This document shows positions 25,671 through 38,995 of a stretch of DNA of 64,000 nucleotides, in pieces (within the stretch, counting starts at the first letter, position 1; the number at the start of each line of letters is the position of its first letter). The notes below the pieces were generated by a model that did no database searches, was not told the DNA's origin, and saw only the letters and a program-made list of their open reading frames with translations. A program made the translations under genes and the position numbers. This stretch comes from Macrostomum lignano (lineage: Eukaryota): positions 81,960 to 145,959 of the forward strand of contig NIVC01002659.1 of the NCBI GenBank assembly GCA_002269645.1, written 5' to 3'.

Positions 25671-26685
25671 CACATTAAAACGAGATGGCTATCGACAAAA
25701 AGGCTGGATACGAGCTATAACATGTTGAGACTGTAAGGCGAACTAATATTAAACAAACACTCGTCTAAAACCTTCATGATGCGCCTTCGTGGCTCGAACA
25801 CTCCAAATACTAAGCTCGCTTTTTTACAAAACCAAGGTAATCATTCAGATCCGGCTAGCTAGGACATTCGATATAACATATTATGATATTATATTTACAG
25901 GTGGCTACAATTCTCTCTAAATACTACTCAACAAATTTCCGATTTAGTAGCGTAGCAAGAACATGCGTACGACATTCCCTTAATTTAAATTTTCTTTCCA
26001 GTCAACAGTGAACTCGCTACTAAGAAGCTTCGTTATTCAATTGTTTTTACTTAAAAAAGCAGTGTGAATCTGACAATTTTTTTACGCTTTTGTTGTCTAT
26101 CTAACAAATTATAGTCTAGCTATCTTACACATTTATTTATATTTCTAATCATTTCTGAAAGCACTTTTCCTTAAGTTGGTGTCGGTCTGATCGATAAGAA
26201 ATATATTTACTGAATTAATTCCCGCCTCTATAATTTGCTTCCCTCAATTTCTTGCGTCGCTGCTCACATGAAACAATATCGTTATAAACCGTTATGCTAT
26301 ACTATTAAATATATTTAATATACTTACAGGCTGTGAAGTCTATTAACTAGCGACAGAATCAACTGTGTGCAAACGAAAAAGTTTTACATTTTTTACCTCC
26401 TTTATCTGAGATTGATGGAGATTAATGGATAATTTCTCATCTCGAAGGTAAACGACTTTCCAAATCCGATCTCCTTAATGCATTTGTCTCGTCCCAAGGC
26501 TGTCTGCGGTAGAACATCATTATTTAATGAGGAGTGCATTCTGCAGGTTTACCCCCGATTCACCGAATCCCGATTTGCCGATTCCCAGCTCGCCGAATTC
26601 ACTATTACTATTACTCTATCCCTCGTTAAGGACTGACGTACATGCATATGTTTTCGAATATCTATGGCCAAAGCCCATCGAGTTG

Positions 26686-26735
<50 letters not shown>

Positions 26736-28201
26736 AACGGTTTAAAGAAGCCGAGTCGTAGTCATTTTACAACTTGTCAGTCAACTGAAGTCCTTTCTCT
26801 TTTCCTGAACTCACTATCTATATAGCCACGAGAATAGCACTGTTTCGTAGGACTTCCCGCGAGCTATATTTTCATAATAAAGAACGGAGAACTTCCTTTA
26901 AGCTGCAATGCCAGCCTTTAACTATTTTCCAAGAAACGAAAGGATTTCTCAGAAAATATATTACGCATTTATTAATACTTCCTTCACAAGCTTCGCAAGA
27001 CACACAGATTGCGTGCACAAACAGTGCACAAAACAATCGTAGGAGATCCAGACTTTGAACAGCTTACAGACTGGCTAAGTTCGTATATAAATGTCAAAAA
27101 ATCGCTGATTAGATAGTGACCGTCACACACCGACATTTGTCTCTTACGAGCATAGACACACAAGCTCAACTCGTTAAATAGTCTTTTTTATAACATAGGA
27201 GAGCAAAACCCGTCCTGTCGAGGACATGGGTGGGGGGGGCAGCTTCACGACTTGTTGTCGTGTCCAGCTGTAGCTGCAAGTCCCAACTCGACTTCTTATT
27301 CCAAAGTCTGAAAAGAAATGCAAAGCTGCGGCAGGTAAAAAGTTTCATAAACAATAAGACAGAGAGACAGTAAGACAGGTGAGAGAAGAGACCGACCTCT
27401 TGAGCTGGTTTTTAGAAGCCAAACTTGAATGGAAGTGGATTCATGAAATTTTCTACGCCGATTTAAACAGAGACGAAAATGACAGAGAAAAGAGATTAAA
27501 CTCTTCTCGCAATTTGCCTGTTCGTTGGGGCCATGTACACCAGTCCGGCGCAATGTACATTCACGCTCCGGTCGAAAACTCTCTTACCTGGGGTTGGCTT
27601 GGGTTGGCCCGGCTAAAATCTGGCCGAAAGCCGGGGGTGGCTGGGCGATTCTTCGAAAAAGAATGGAAATGAAGGAACGAAAAGGCAGACGGACAGGCAG
27701 ACAGGCAGAAACGGAAAGGCACAACAAACAGCCCTGATTGCCACTAATATGCTTGTACAGCTCAACGCTAACAACAAATTCTCGTCATCGGTTTCCATTT
27801 TTCTTCGAAAACTTTTTACTTGAGCTCTCTGGAGAAGCGCATCGGCTCTTCGATTTTTACAACAGAAGCGTTCTCTAAGGTAAGTAAGTCTGCTGAGCTG
27901 AGAGCATCCCCATGGAATCGCAAACTCTATGGCTGGCAGCTTAGGCGTCTCACTAATGTTTTTTTTCAAATAATAGATCATTCATAATCATAAATCCATA
28001 ACGTGTATAAATGCGACTTTTATCACACTGTAGGCGAGCGATCGACACCGGAAACTGGGCGCCGATTGTAGGGCCGCAGCGCAGCGCAGTGCCAGCAAGA
28101 AGCAGCAAAAGTCTTCCAGCTGAGCTCAACACAGCGGCCGTTGGGCCGTCCCGGCCCGAGGCCAGGGAGGCGCAGAATCCGCAGCTCTCAAGGCAGCAAT
28201 C

Positions 28202-28294
28202 ATGTCTGCCCCGTTGGAAAGTGGGAACAATAACGGGCCTGCTAGGAAAAAGCAGCAGCCGCCACCGACGCTGCCGAAGCAGCAACAACAGCAA

Positions 28295-28330
<36 letters not shown>

Positions 28331-29383
28331 ACGCAGCCGCACAGCCCCAGAGACCGCAGGCGTCGAGGTACGCCGCCTCCGCTGGCGATGGTTTTCGTCG
28401 ATCCGCCCTCGCTGGAAGCGACCACTCCAGACGGGTCAGCGGCGCCGGTGGTTGACAGCCTGTCGCTGGCTCTGGCGGAACTGCGCGGCAGCCGGCCGGG
28501 TCCGGCCAACTTTTTCGAAGCTCACGAACGGGTGGAACGAGGAGCAGCAGCCGCAGCTGCTGACGGTGGCATCGGTGGCGCAGCAGGTGGCGTAGGCAGC
28601 GCCTTGGATAGCGAATCCAGCAACGGGGTGATCAACCCCGACGACATGTTGAACATCCGACAGCTGGCAAAGCGTTCGTCGTCGTTGAAATCCAAAAAGA
28701 CGCCGCCCGGCACGCCGTCGCTGGTGAAGAAAGCCGTCCGCTTTGCCGACGCCTTCGGCCTGGAGCTCATCAACGTCAAGCACGTGCTGGACCCGGACAA
28801 TCCGCCGGAAATTCCACCAGAAGCGATCAGCGACTTGGAACTGGGCGACGGCACCGGAAGCGAGGATGCGGACACGGACTCGAATTTTCTCCCCGCCGTC
28901 GCCGCCGCGATTGGCGGAGACTCGCAGCAGCAGCAGCAGCAGCGCCTGCAAACAACCCTCCGGCCGATGTTTTCACAGCCGGGCCACTCGGCGGGTTTCA
29001 ACGCCCGCGTCATGGCCCAGAAGGTGGTGCTGGAGAGCGCCGCATACGCGCCCCTAACTGGAGAAATTTGCGGCTACATCTGCGTGGCGAATCTCGCTTT
29101 CGAGAAGTCGGTAACTGTGCGGGTCAGCTTCGACTCGTGGCGCAGCAGCTCGGAGGTCAATGCAGAGTACGTGCCGCACTCTAGCAGCGGCATGACTGAC
29201 CGGTTCAGCTTCAGCCTGGCCCTGCCCGGCGGCCCGGCGGCTGTCACGTCGGCCCCGCCAGGCCGCTACCGGGTCGCCTTCTGCGTGGCCTACCGCACCT
29301 GCGGCCAGACCTTTTGGGACAACAACTTTGGCGAGAATTACGCGTTCGATTCTGTAGTTGACGCCTGGACTAATCGGATCTAA
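28202..29383 (+). CDS. PPP1R3: Protein phosphatase 1 glycogen-targeting regulatory subunit (PPP1R3B/C-like), single exon, 393 aa
   Basis: RVxF motif KKAVRFADAFGLEL; CBM21 motifs VVLES, VANLAFEKSVTVRVSFDSW, DRFSF and FWDNNFGENY. Confidence 0.95.
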
Positions 29384-30027
29384 AGCCGACATCCGACACT
29401 TTTCTTCACACTAGATGGCTTCAACTGTCCCTCAATCATGTCTCTTTCTCACTTCCAGTTACACTTCTTGCTTGTCGGGCTTTGCTTAAAACCAATTCAT
29501 GCGCTGTTCATGCGTCCGTTGTAAATCGCTCTGTCCACCTGAAGTATTCGCTGCTCCCCCGCTCCTTGCCACTCCCCAACCCTCTGTTTCTCGCGGCATC
29601 TGTCTTTCTTTAGTTGAAATTATTTGTACTTTTAGCTTGGCGTTTCATACCCGCTGTGTTGTCATTTTTTGTAAGTTTATTCGGCTTATTAATTTCTTAC
29701 AGAACTTGCGAATCCGGTCCCTTCGGTCGATCACCAGCCGCCAGTTTGTCTTCATCATTCATTTTTTTGTTTCAGCTTTACTGACTGTCGCCATGGTAAC
29801 ACTAAAGAACTTTTGGAAAAAATTATTTTAAAAGCGAGGCTGGGAGATTACAGGCAGTGTTTTGTGTACACTGAGTGTACAATTTACATCGAGCAAAAAG
29901 AGTGACAGACAGAGAGCGTCTTTTTCTATATTTTTCGAATACTGCGTCCAATTAATTGTAAGTTTTTTTCAGTTTTTGAAATCGCTGCGTTTTTACTGGT
30001 TTAAGTAAAATATCAGTGCGCTGGAGC

Positions 30028-30089
30028 CAAGGACTACTTAACAACTTAACAGTAAGCGTGTAACGTCCTGAGTTGTTAAGTAGTCCTTG
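30028..30089. mobile_element. 62-bp miniature inverted-repeat element
   Basis: 19-bp perfect TIR CAAGGACTACTTAACAACT/AGTTGTTAAGTAGTCCTTG, 24-nt spacer, 8-bp TSD GCTGGAGC at 30020-30027 and 30090-30097. Confidence 0.88.
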
Positions 30090-30261
30090 GCTGGAGCATG
30101 CGCGACTTGAAGGAAAACTTCAACAAATCTATAAAGAATTTCTAGTTGAATTTTTTTAACAATTAGCAACATACGCTCGTATTATCAATATTCACACCTC
30201 AAAGGTTTCCAATCTGCGTATTTTAAGCGGAAAGGAAAAGTACTTAGTGTACTTTTGTTAC

Positions 30262-30662
30262 AGAATATGTTGCAGAATATGTTGCAGAATATGTTGCAGA
30301 ATATGTTGCAGAATATGTTGCAGAATATGTTGCAGAATATGTTGCAGAATATGTTGCAGAATATGTTGCAGAATATGTTGCAGAATATGTTGCAGAATAT
30401 GTTGCAGAATATGTTGCAGAATATGTTGCAGAATATGTTGCAGAATATGTTGCAGAATATGTTGCAGAATATGTTGCAGAATATGTTGCAGAATATGTTG
30501 CAGAATATGTTGCAGAATATGTTGCAGAATATGTTGCAGAATATGTTGCAGAATATGTTGCAGAATATGTTGCAGAATATGTTGCAGAATATGTTGCAGA
30601 ATATGTTGCAGAATATGTTGCAGAATATGTTGCAGAATATGTTGCAGAATATGTTGCAGAAT
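30262..30662. repeat. 12-bp perfect repeat ATATGTTGCAGA, ~33 copies
   Basis: Direct reading. Confidence 0.98.
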
Positions 30663-32266
30663 GGATTTACCCCCGGTTCGCCGAAATTCCTTATTTGCCG
30701 AAATTCCTCATTTGCCGAATCCCGACTTGCCGAATTCACTATTCGGCCAATTCGTACTACGTCGAATCTCTGGTAATGCCTGTGGCCTGTGCTAGCTAAT
30801 AGATAAGAAATTCTTTGTTCGAACTTTGTGTATATTTTTGCTTGTTTCATTCACTCTACTATTTCTTAAGTGACTTACTAATACTAATACTATCTCTACT
30901 AATACTTAAGAAATAGTAGAGTAAATGATAGCAAGCAAAAATGTACAAAAAGTTTGAACACTTTTGATTTGTTTTGATTTGTTTCACTCAAATAAAATTG
31001 TCAATGTTAATTGGTTTTTTAGTATGCCATCTGTTTCCATAAATGGGTCACCAAAATTCTTAAATCGGCTGCTCTGCGGACCCTATTTTGGGCCATAGAC
31101 AATGAAGGGCAAGGTTTGGAAAAAGCTATGCTAAACTAGAGTCTGGTTTTTCTTTGAATGTGTAATAAAATTAAATAATACTTTTTTAAAGCTCGCATTT
31201 TCCATTCCAACTATGACTGCATTTCAATTGCTTTTTCAGTGAGCTTGAAGCTAAACCCGCTGGCACGGGCGCTAGACAATAAAATAGAATATATAAAAGG
31301 CTGCTTCAGCTGGACCTCTCGCATAAAGCAACAGAATATACTGTGTTATTAAGGCAGTCTGGCTGAGGTGGTTAAGTCAGACCAGCAAGACTGCAGCACA
31401 CGCACTGCACAAACTGCTGTTGTAAGGTCAAAATGTACTTTCTTATCGAAGCCGAAAGCGGAGATTCCGGATAAACATCATCTAGTAGGGAAGCTGGCGA
31501 TTCACCCGAAGGCATCCCTACGACTGGCCGCTCTGCCTGCCGCGCATTTTGCACTTTTAGCTTCGGCGAACTGCAGCTTGACCGCGCGGTTCCTTCCTGA
31601 TTTGAGGGGGGGGGCAAGGCAGCAGAATTCGGCAACGATTCGGTTTTCATTTTTCACAAGTTTCTTCCCTTGCATAACTGTGGAAGGTCGCAATCTATAA
31701 ACGGCAGTAAACACACCGCATCATTAATTATATAAACCTTTACCAGTCTACTTAAAGTAGCGCACAGAGCAGCTACTTTATCCTCTGAAACTTGATACTT
31801 TATTTTACTTGTCTTTGCTAAAGTTTTTTCCTGCATTTCTCTGCGTGTGGTCCTCTGGCTTAGCGAAGCCGTCATCCCGGAATCCCCAGCATGCGACTTT
31901 ACCGCGCAGACAGCAGCCCGGATCTGCAGCCGGTCTTGTTTCCTCTCCCGCGGCTGTCGGCAGCGCCCCCCCCCCCGCTTCTTCCACCACCAACTTCATT
32001 CCCGCGCCTCCAACTCTTCAAAGCTCCGACTCAAATCCCGTGTGTGCCCAGTAACCCGAGAAGCTGAATTCTGCCTCATCTGAGCTGCTCTAGAGACTGA
32101 AGCTGCAGCAGCAGCAGCCATTGTGCGCTCCGCTCAGGCCTCTCCACGCTTGCTGTTAAGCTCTCATTTCAATTCTGAGCTTTTTTAGCTAAACGCCAAA
32201 TTCTGGCCAAGGTGGGTTGTTTACATTTCCCAGGCTGGGGCTGCTCTGGACTGCCTGCTGCGGGTA

Positions 32267-32978
<712 letters not shown>

Positions 32979-33308
32979 GCAGAGCACTATAAGTTCAACT
33001 GCACTAGCCTTGTCCAATACTTTCAAGGCCAGAAGGTGGCCGAGCCCATTCTTGCTAATTCTACGTAAGAAAACTTGAAATAAGATCTGAAGTGCATCTA
33101 ATTAAACGCTCAACAATTGCATGGCATAACCAGTCAAAATAGTTTATAAAAAATAAAAAAACGCTTGTAGACAGACAATTAATGGCAGATAGAAAATTAG
33201 TACAATGATAACAGAGAGAAGGAAAACAGGCAGACAGAAAGTGAGGCCAAAGTGCTAGTCTGCTGCCTGTCGTCCCCTGCATTGCAGGCATGGAGATGTG
33301 GGGACCCG

Positions 33309-33341
<33 letters not shown>

Positions 33342-33771
33342 TAGAGACGCAGCGCGGTAGAGCAGAAGGGGGAGCGGGGGTTCCATAGCGGAGAAGCCTG
33401 GAATTCTGAGCCGCTCCACCCAGTCCTAAAGCCAAGGCTGTCTGAACGGGCCACCCCCCTGTCCGCCCAGCCGCCAGTCCGCCCCAGCCTCCGCTCTCCA
33501 TCGCCTATAGCAGGTTTTACTCGCTCCGGCAAGCCTTCGCAAACTGAACGCTGCTAAGTAAAAAAGTAAAAAAAAGGAAGCGGAGAAAAGGGGTGGCGCT
33601 ATAAACACAGGCTGAGAGAGCGAGTTAGCGAACATTAAGCGGCTGAGAAACACCCCCGAGGGAGCCTTCAATCGTCGCCCCTCACTCGCTTATGAAGCGG
33701 CACGACGACTCATCAGAGAGCAATAAAATCAGCCAGCGTGCCCGGAGTCCAGCACTGCGTGCCCGAGCAGC

Positions 33772-36393
33772 ATGAGCAGCGGCCAGCGTCGGCGACAGGC
33801 CTCCGACGGTGCCGAAGAGGCCGCCGTCAGCGCCCGGCTACCGCAGGTGTCGCCGCATCGCGGCCTGCTGACCGGCGCGTCGGTCGAGTCCGCCGGCGAT
33901 GATCGTCGCCAGCATCGTCGGCACCGACGTCGCGGCGTCGGAGCGAATCTCAGCGCCACGAAGTTCGACATCATCTACTTGGCCGTTGAGCGCCTCGGCT
34001 TCAGCGTCTGTCCGGATGAGGACTTCGTCACGCCCTACCTGATTTGGAGCGACCTGGGCGTGCCGCCGGACCGAATCTCCGAGCTGCGGCCGCACCAGCG
34101 GATCAACCACTTCCCTGGCATGTCCGAGATCAGCCGCAAGGACCTGTTGAGCCGCAACATGGCCAAGCTGGCGCGGGTGCTGCCCAAAGAGTACAACTTC
34201 ACGCCGAGGACTTGGTGCCTGCCAGGGGAATACAGCAGCTTCCTGCAGTACTCCAGGGAGCTACGCAAGGTCGGGAAGCTGCGCTCCTTCATCTACAAGC
34301 CGGCTAACGGAGCGATGGGCCACGGGATCAGGATTTATAAGAACGGCGAGCAGGTGCCCTGCAATGGGGTGAGCGGCGGGGGCAACGGCGGCTTCGATAC
34401 CACGGGGCCAGCCATTGTGCAGGAGTACATTGCCAAACCGCTGCTGATCGACGGCTTCAAATGCGATCTGCGCATCTACGTCCTCGTGACCTCGTGTGAC
34501 CCGTTGCGCGTGTACTTTTACAATGACGGCTTGCTTCGACTGAGCACGGAGAAGTACGCCGACCCGCAGAAGTGCGAATCGGACACGCTCTACATGCACC
34601 TGACCAACTACTCGGTTAACAAGCGCAGCGAGAACTACGCCAAGGGCGACGACGACAGCACGGGCAGCAAGCGCTCGATTCGATTCCTCAACGAGTACCT
34701 GCAGAAGCGCGACTACGACGTGCCGCTGATGTGGCGGAACATCATCGACCTGCTCGTTAAAACGATAATAGCGGTCCAGCCTCACCTGCTGCAGCATTAC
34801 CGCATGTGTCGTCCGGCCTCCCCGCCCGGCTCCGACTCCGTCTGCTTCGAAATCCTCGGCTTCGACGTGCTACTCGACCACAAGCTGAAGCCCTGGCTGG
34901 TCGAGGTCAACCGGTCGCCAAGTTTCGGCGCTGAACAGCCAATCGATCGCCGAGTGAAGCTCGGCGTCCTCGACGAGGCGCTGCGCCTGCTGAACATTCG
35001 CGCCTCGGATCGGGCGCGGCACGCCAACGCGCAGAAAGTTCAATCGCAGCGCCGGCTAATGCGTGGCCGAAGCAACGGCGCGGAGAACCAGCACCAGCAC
35101 CAGCATCTGCAGCAGCTGCAGCGCGAACGCGAGCTCGTCAGGAGGCGCGAGGAGCTTCAGGCCCAGCTGGCCCGGCTCCGACGCGAGGCCGACCGAGACG
35201 AGCACGAGATTCGCACCTGTCGACGATTTCGCCGAATTTTCCCCGGCGACGATCGGGTGAGCCAGGAGCGCTACGTCAAACTGATGTTGGCCGTGTTCGG
35301 CGCGCTGACGCCGGGGCGAGGGGCCGGCAGCGGCGCCGGCACACTGAAGGAGCTCGAAGAGCAGTACAGCTGCGAGCGACCACGGCAGGAGGAGCTCATG
35401 GATCAGCTGGCCCGATGCGAAGAGCAGCTGCAGCAGCACCAGCAGCCGCCATCGGCTGATGCATCGGGCAAGCTGCAAAACGGCAGGCAGCATCAGAATC
35501 ATCGACGACCCTGGCAGAGGCACCACCCACCGCAGTCAGTGCAGCATCGACAATCGTCGCTGACACTCTCCGCCGACGAAGTTGACGACTCCGCTGACGA
35601 CGACAGCTTCGACGACGACGACAACGACGCGGTCGAGAGCGGCGACCGCCAGACGGAGGCGAAGCTGGAAGCTGAGGGCGCTGATGATGCATCTGGACGG
35701 TTGCCCAGCGTGTCCTCGACGCCCACGCTGACGACTTCGACGTCGACGACGACGCCCCGACGCCGGCACACGGTGGTGGCAGCTTCCGGTGCCGGCCGGA
35801 GTCGCAGCGTTCAGGCAGACCGCAGTGGCGGCATCGGCACTGGCGACCAGCAGGAAGCGGAGCAGCTCTGCCGGCGGATGCTCGACCAGCTGAACGAGCT
35901 GTGCATCCGGTTTCCCGGAAAGTCGGCGCAGCAAGCGGAGCAAGTTCTGGCCGGGCTGCGCCAAAACTGGCGCCAAAACAAAGCTCTCGTGGCTGGCTAC
36001 TGGTTGGCGAAGTTGGACGCCGACAAGAGGCGCAAAGTGATCGACATTGTGCGCCAGAATGTGCGCGCCACTCTGTCGCGCTGTTGGCGCAGCGGCGCCG
36101 ACCTCGACGAGTCGCGAATTTGCCGATTATTCGACCGAGTGTTCGCCAGGCTGCTGTCCTCGAACGGCCAGGGACTCTGGGCGACGTTCGGCAATTCCGC
36201 CAGCTGGGAGTCGGCCCTGCTCAGAATGCGAGAGCCGCCGAGTCTGCCAGAGCTGGCCTGCTGCCGCCGGGTGGTGCAGCTGTGCCAGGACTGCCTGCTC
36301 ACCGTGTTCCTGTTCTCCGGACAGTCAGCTGCTCCGTCGGCTGATGTCGGGGCATCTCCGTCGCACTGTCAAGAGATTCCGGCAGCCAGTTGA
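33772..36393 (+). CDS. TTLL7: Tubulin polyglutamylase TTLL7, single exon, 873 aa
   Basis: ANLSATKFDII, QRINHFPGMSEISRKD, KPANGAMGHGI, KCDLRIYVLVTSCDPLR, MHLTNYSVNK, FEILGFDVLLD, LVEVNRSPSF, plus the TTLL7-type C-terminal IRFPGKS..VAGYWLAKLD..RKVIDIV. Confidence 0.93.
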   Translation: MSSGQRRRQASDGAEEAAVSARLPQVSPHRGLLTGASVESAGDDRRQHRRHRRRGVGANLSATKFDIIYLAVERLGFSVCPDEDFVTPYLIWSDLGVPPDRISELRPHQRINHFPGMSEISRKDLLSRNMAKLARVLPKEYNFTPRTWCLPGEYSSFLQYSRELRKVGKLRSFIYKPANGAMGHGIRIYKNGEQVPCNGVSGGGNGGFDTTGPAIVQEYIAKPLLIDGFKCDLRIYVLVTSCDPLRVYFYNDGLLRLSTEKYADPQKCESDTLYMHLTNYSVNKRSENYAKGDDDSTGSKRSIRFLNEYLQKRDYDVPLMWRNIIDLLVKTIIAVQPHLLQHYRMCRPASPPGSDSVCFEILGFDVLLDHKLKPWLVEVNRSPSFGAEQPIDRRVKLGVLDEALRLLNIRASDRARHANAQKVQSQRRLMRGRSNGAENQHQHQHLQQLQRERELVRRREELQAQLARLRREADRDEHEIRTCRRFRRIFPGDDRVSQERYVKLMLAVFGALTPGRGAGSGAGTLKELEEQYSCERPRQEELMDQLARCEEQLQQHQQPPSADASGKLQNGRQHQNHRRPWQRHHPPQSVQHRQSSLTLSADEVDDSADDDSFDDDDNDAVESGDRQTEAKLEAEGADDASGRLPSVSSTPTLTTSTSTTTPRRRHTVVAASGAGRSRSVQADRSGGIGTGDQQEAEQLCRRMLDQLNELCIRFPGKSAQQAEQVLAGLRQNWRQNKALVAGYWLAKLDADKRRKVIDIVRQNVRATLSRCWRSGADLDESRICRLFDRVFARLLSSNGQGLWATFGNSASWESALLRMREPPSLPELACCRRVVQLCQDCLLTVFLFSGQSAAPSADVGASPSHCQEIPAAS

Positions 36394-37024
36394 AACGCGA
36401 AAGGCCGAGTCTGTCAGTTGGCTTTACATACAGGGCGTCGCTTGGGTAGATGACATTACAGTGTCCCCCTGACATCCGGTTGTGTACCTGACTGCTTTCT
36501 CGACATCCCGATCCCCATTTGCTCCCCTCCCTGACACCCAATTTTTCAAATTCCTGTCTTATAAGATTTGCTATCTATAGATGGATACAGTAAAACCGCT
36601 TTTGGAGAATCAATATCAGCTATTTTTGCTAACCGAGCGTTTAGATTGAGTCTCGATTATGCTTCACAAATTAACTGATATTGTTGCCATTCAACTTTCA
36701 ATGCTTTCACATTGAGATGTTTTGTGTCATTTTTCAGCAACTTTCTTTCACAAAAGCAAATACAGAGGTGTATACATATACGTTACTTGCTATTTTTTCA
36801 CGTTGTTTTCTACAATCTGCTCTGCGGTCATTCATTATTTAGAACAAGTACATGTAGACTTTTAAATTTAAAACCACTAATTATTACTTAGATTTTGTGT
36901 ACATGTAAATCTTAGATAAGTTTAAGAAGGTCCCTGGAGTGAAGACGTCAAATTACATGTCACAACAGGCCAAAGTTGTCCTGCTGCTGTTAATGAAGAA
37001 CAAGAAAAAATCTTTACTTCCCGG

Positions 37025-38995
37025 TGATTGGACCGGATCAGCAGGCACTTCCGGTTGATAATTCCAGCTGATTGGACCAGATCAGCATGCACTTCCGGTT
37101 GAGAATTCCAGCTGATCGGACCGGATCAGCAGGCACTTCCGGTTGAGAATTCCAGCTGATCGGACCGGATCAGCAGGCACTTCCGGTTGAGAATTCCAGC
37201 TGATCGGACCGGATCAGCAGGCACTTCCGGTTGAGAATTCCAGCTGATTGGACCAGATCAGCAGGCACTTCCGGTTGAGAATTCCAGCTGATCGGACCGG
37301 ATCAGCAGGCACTTCCGGTTGAGAATTCCAGCTGATCGGACCGGATCAGCAGGCACTTCCGGTTGAGAATTCCTGCTGATCGGACCGGATCAGTAGGCAC
37401 TTCCGGTTGAGAATTCCTGCTGATCGGACCGGATCAGTAGGCACTTCCGGTTGAGAATTCCTGCTGATCGGACCGGATCAGCAGGCACTTCCGGTTGAGA
37501 ATTCCAGCTGATCGGACCGGATCAGCAGGCACTTCCGGTTGAGAATTCCAGTTGATTGGATCGGATTCAGTTGGCACTTCCGGTTGAGAATTCCTGCTGA
37601 TCGGACCGGATCAGCAGGCACTTCCGGTTGAGAATTCCAGCTGATCGGACCGGATCAGCAGGCACTTCCGGTTGAGAATTCCAGTTGATTGGATCGGATT
37701 CAGTTGGCACTTCCGGTTGAGAATTCCAGTTGATTGGATCGGATTCAGTTGGCACTTCCGGTTGAGAATTCCAGCTGATTGGATAGGAACAGCTTGCACT
37801 TCCGGTTGAGAATTCCAGCTGATTGGACCAGATCAGCAGGCACTTCCGGTTGAGAATTCCAGCTGATCGGACCGGATCAGCAGGCACTTCCGGTTGAGAA
37901 TTCCAGCTGATCGGACCGGATCAGCAGGCACTTCCGGTTGAGAATTCCTGCTGATCGGACCGGATCAGTAGGCACTTCCGGTTGAGAATTCCTGCTGATC
38001 GGACCGGATCAGTAGGCACTTCCGGTTGAGAATTCCTGCTGATCGGACCGGATCAGCAGGCACTTCCGGTTGAGAATTCCAGCTGATCGGACCGGATCAG
38101 CAGGCACTTCCGGTTGAGAATTCCAGTTGATTGGATCGGATTCAGTTGGCACTTCCGGTTGAGAATTCCTGCTGATCGGACCGGATCAGCAGGCACTTCC
38201 GGTTGAGAATTCCAGCTGATCGGACCGGATCAGCAGGCACTTCCGGTTGAGAATTCCAGTTGATTGGATCGGATTCAGTTGGCACTTCCGGTTGAGAATT
38301 CCAGTTGATTGGATCGGATTCAGTTGGCACTTCCGGTTGAGAATTCCAGCTGATTGGATAGGAACAGCTTGCACTTCCGGTTGAGAATTCCAGTTGATTG
38401 GATCGGATTCAGTTGGCACTTCCGGTTGAGAATTCCAGCTGATTGAACCGGAACAGCTTGCACTTCCGGTTGAGAATTCCAGCTGATTGGATCGGAACAG
38501 CTTGCACTTCCGGTTGAGAATTCCAGCTGATCGGACCGGATCAGCAGGCACTTCCAGTTGAGAATTCCAGCTGATTGGATAGGAACAGCTTGCACTTCCG
38601 GTTGAGAATTCCAGTTGATTGGATCGGATTCAGTTGGCACTTCCGGTTGAGAATTCCAGCTGATTGAACCGGAACAGCTTGCACTTCCGGTTGAGAATTC
38701 CAGCTGATTGGATCGGAACAGCTTGCACTTCCGGTTGAGAATTCCAGTTGATTGGATCGGAACAGCTTGCACTTCCGGTTGAGAATTCCAGTTGATTGGA
38801 TCGGATTCAGTTGGCACTTCCGGTTGAGAATTCCAGCTGATTGGACCGGAACAGCTTACACTTCCGGTTGAGAATTCCAGCTGATTGGATCGGAACAGCT
38901 TGCACTTCCGGTTGAGAATTCCAGCTGATCGGACCGGATCAGCAGGCACTTCCGGTTGGGAATTCCAGCTGATTGGACCGGAACAGCTGGCACTT
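37025..38995. repeat. 44-bp hairpin-containing minisatellite CCGGTTGAGAATTCCAGCTGATCGGACCGGATCAGCAGGCACTT, ~45 copies
   Basis: Direct reading; lies between the convergent TTLL7 and Argonaute 3' ends. Confidence 0.97.

Noticed and set aside
31354-31400. tRNA-Ser-like start GCAGTCTGGCTGAGGTGGTTAAG
   Set aside because: No B-box or cloverleaf follows.
33838-36541. Many antisense and alternate-frame ORFs over TTLL7, also over RTE, AGO, PPP1R3 and LONP2
   Set aside because: Expected by-products of GC-rich coding sequence; no domain motifs.
37025-38995. CRISPR-like look of the 44-bp array (constant linker plus variable hairpin segment)
   Set aside because: The variable parts are a few recurring variants of one sequence, not unique spacers; there are no cas genes and the context is eukaryotic.
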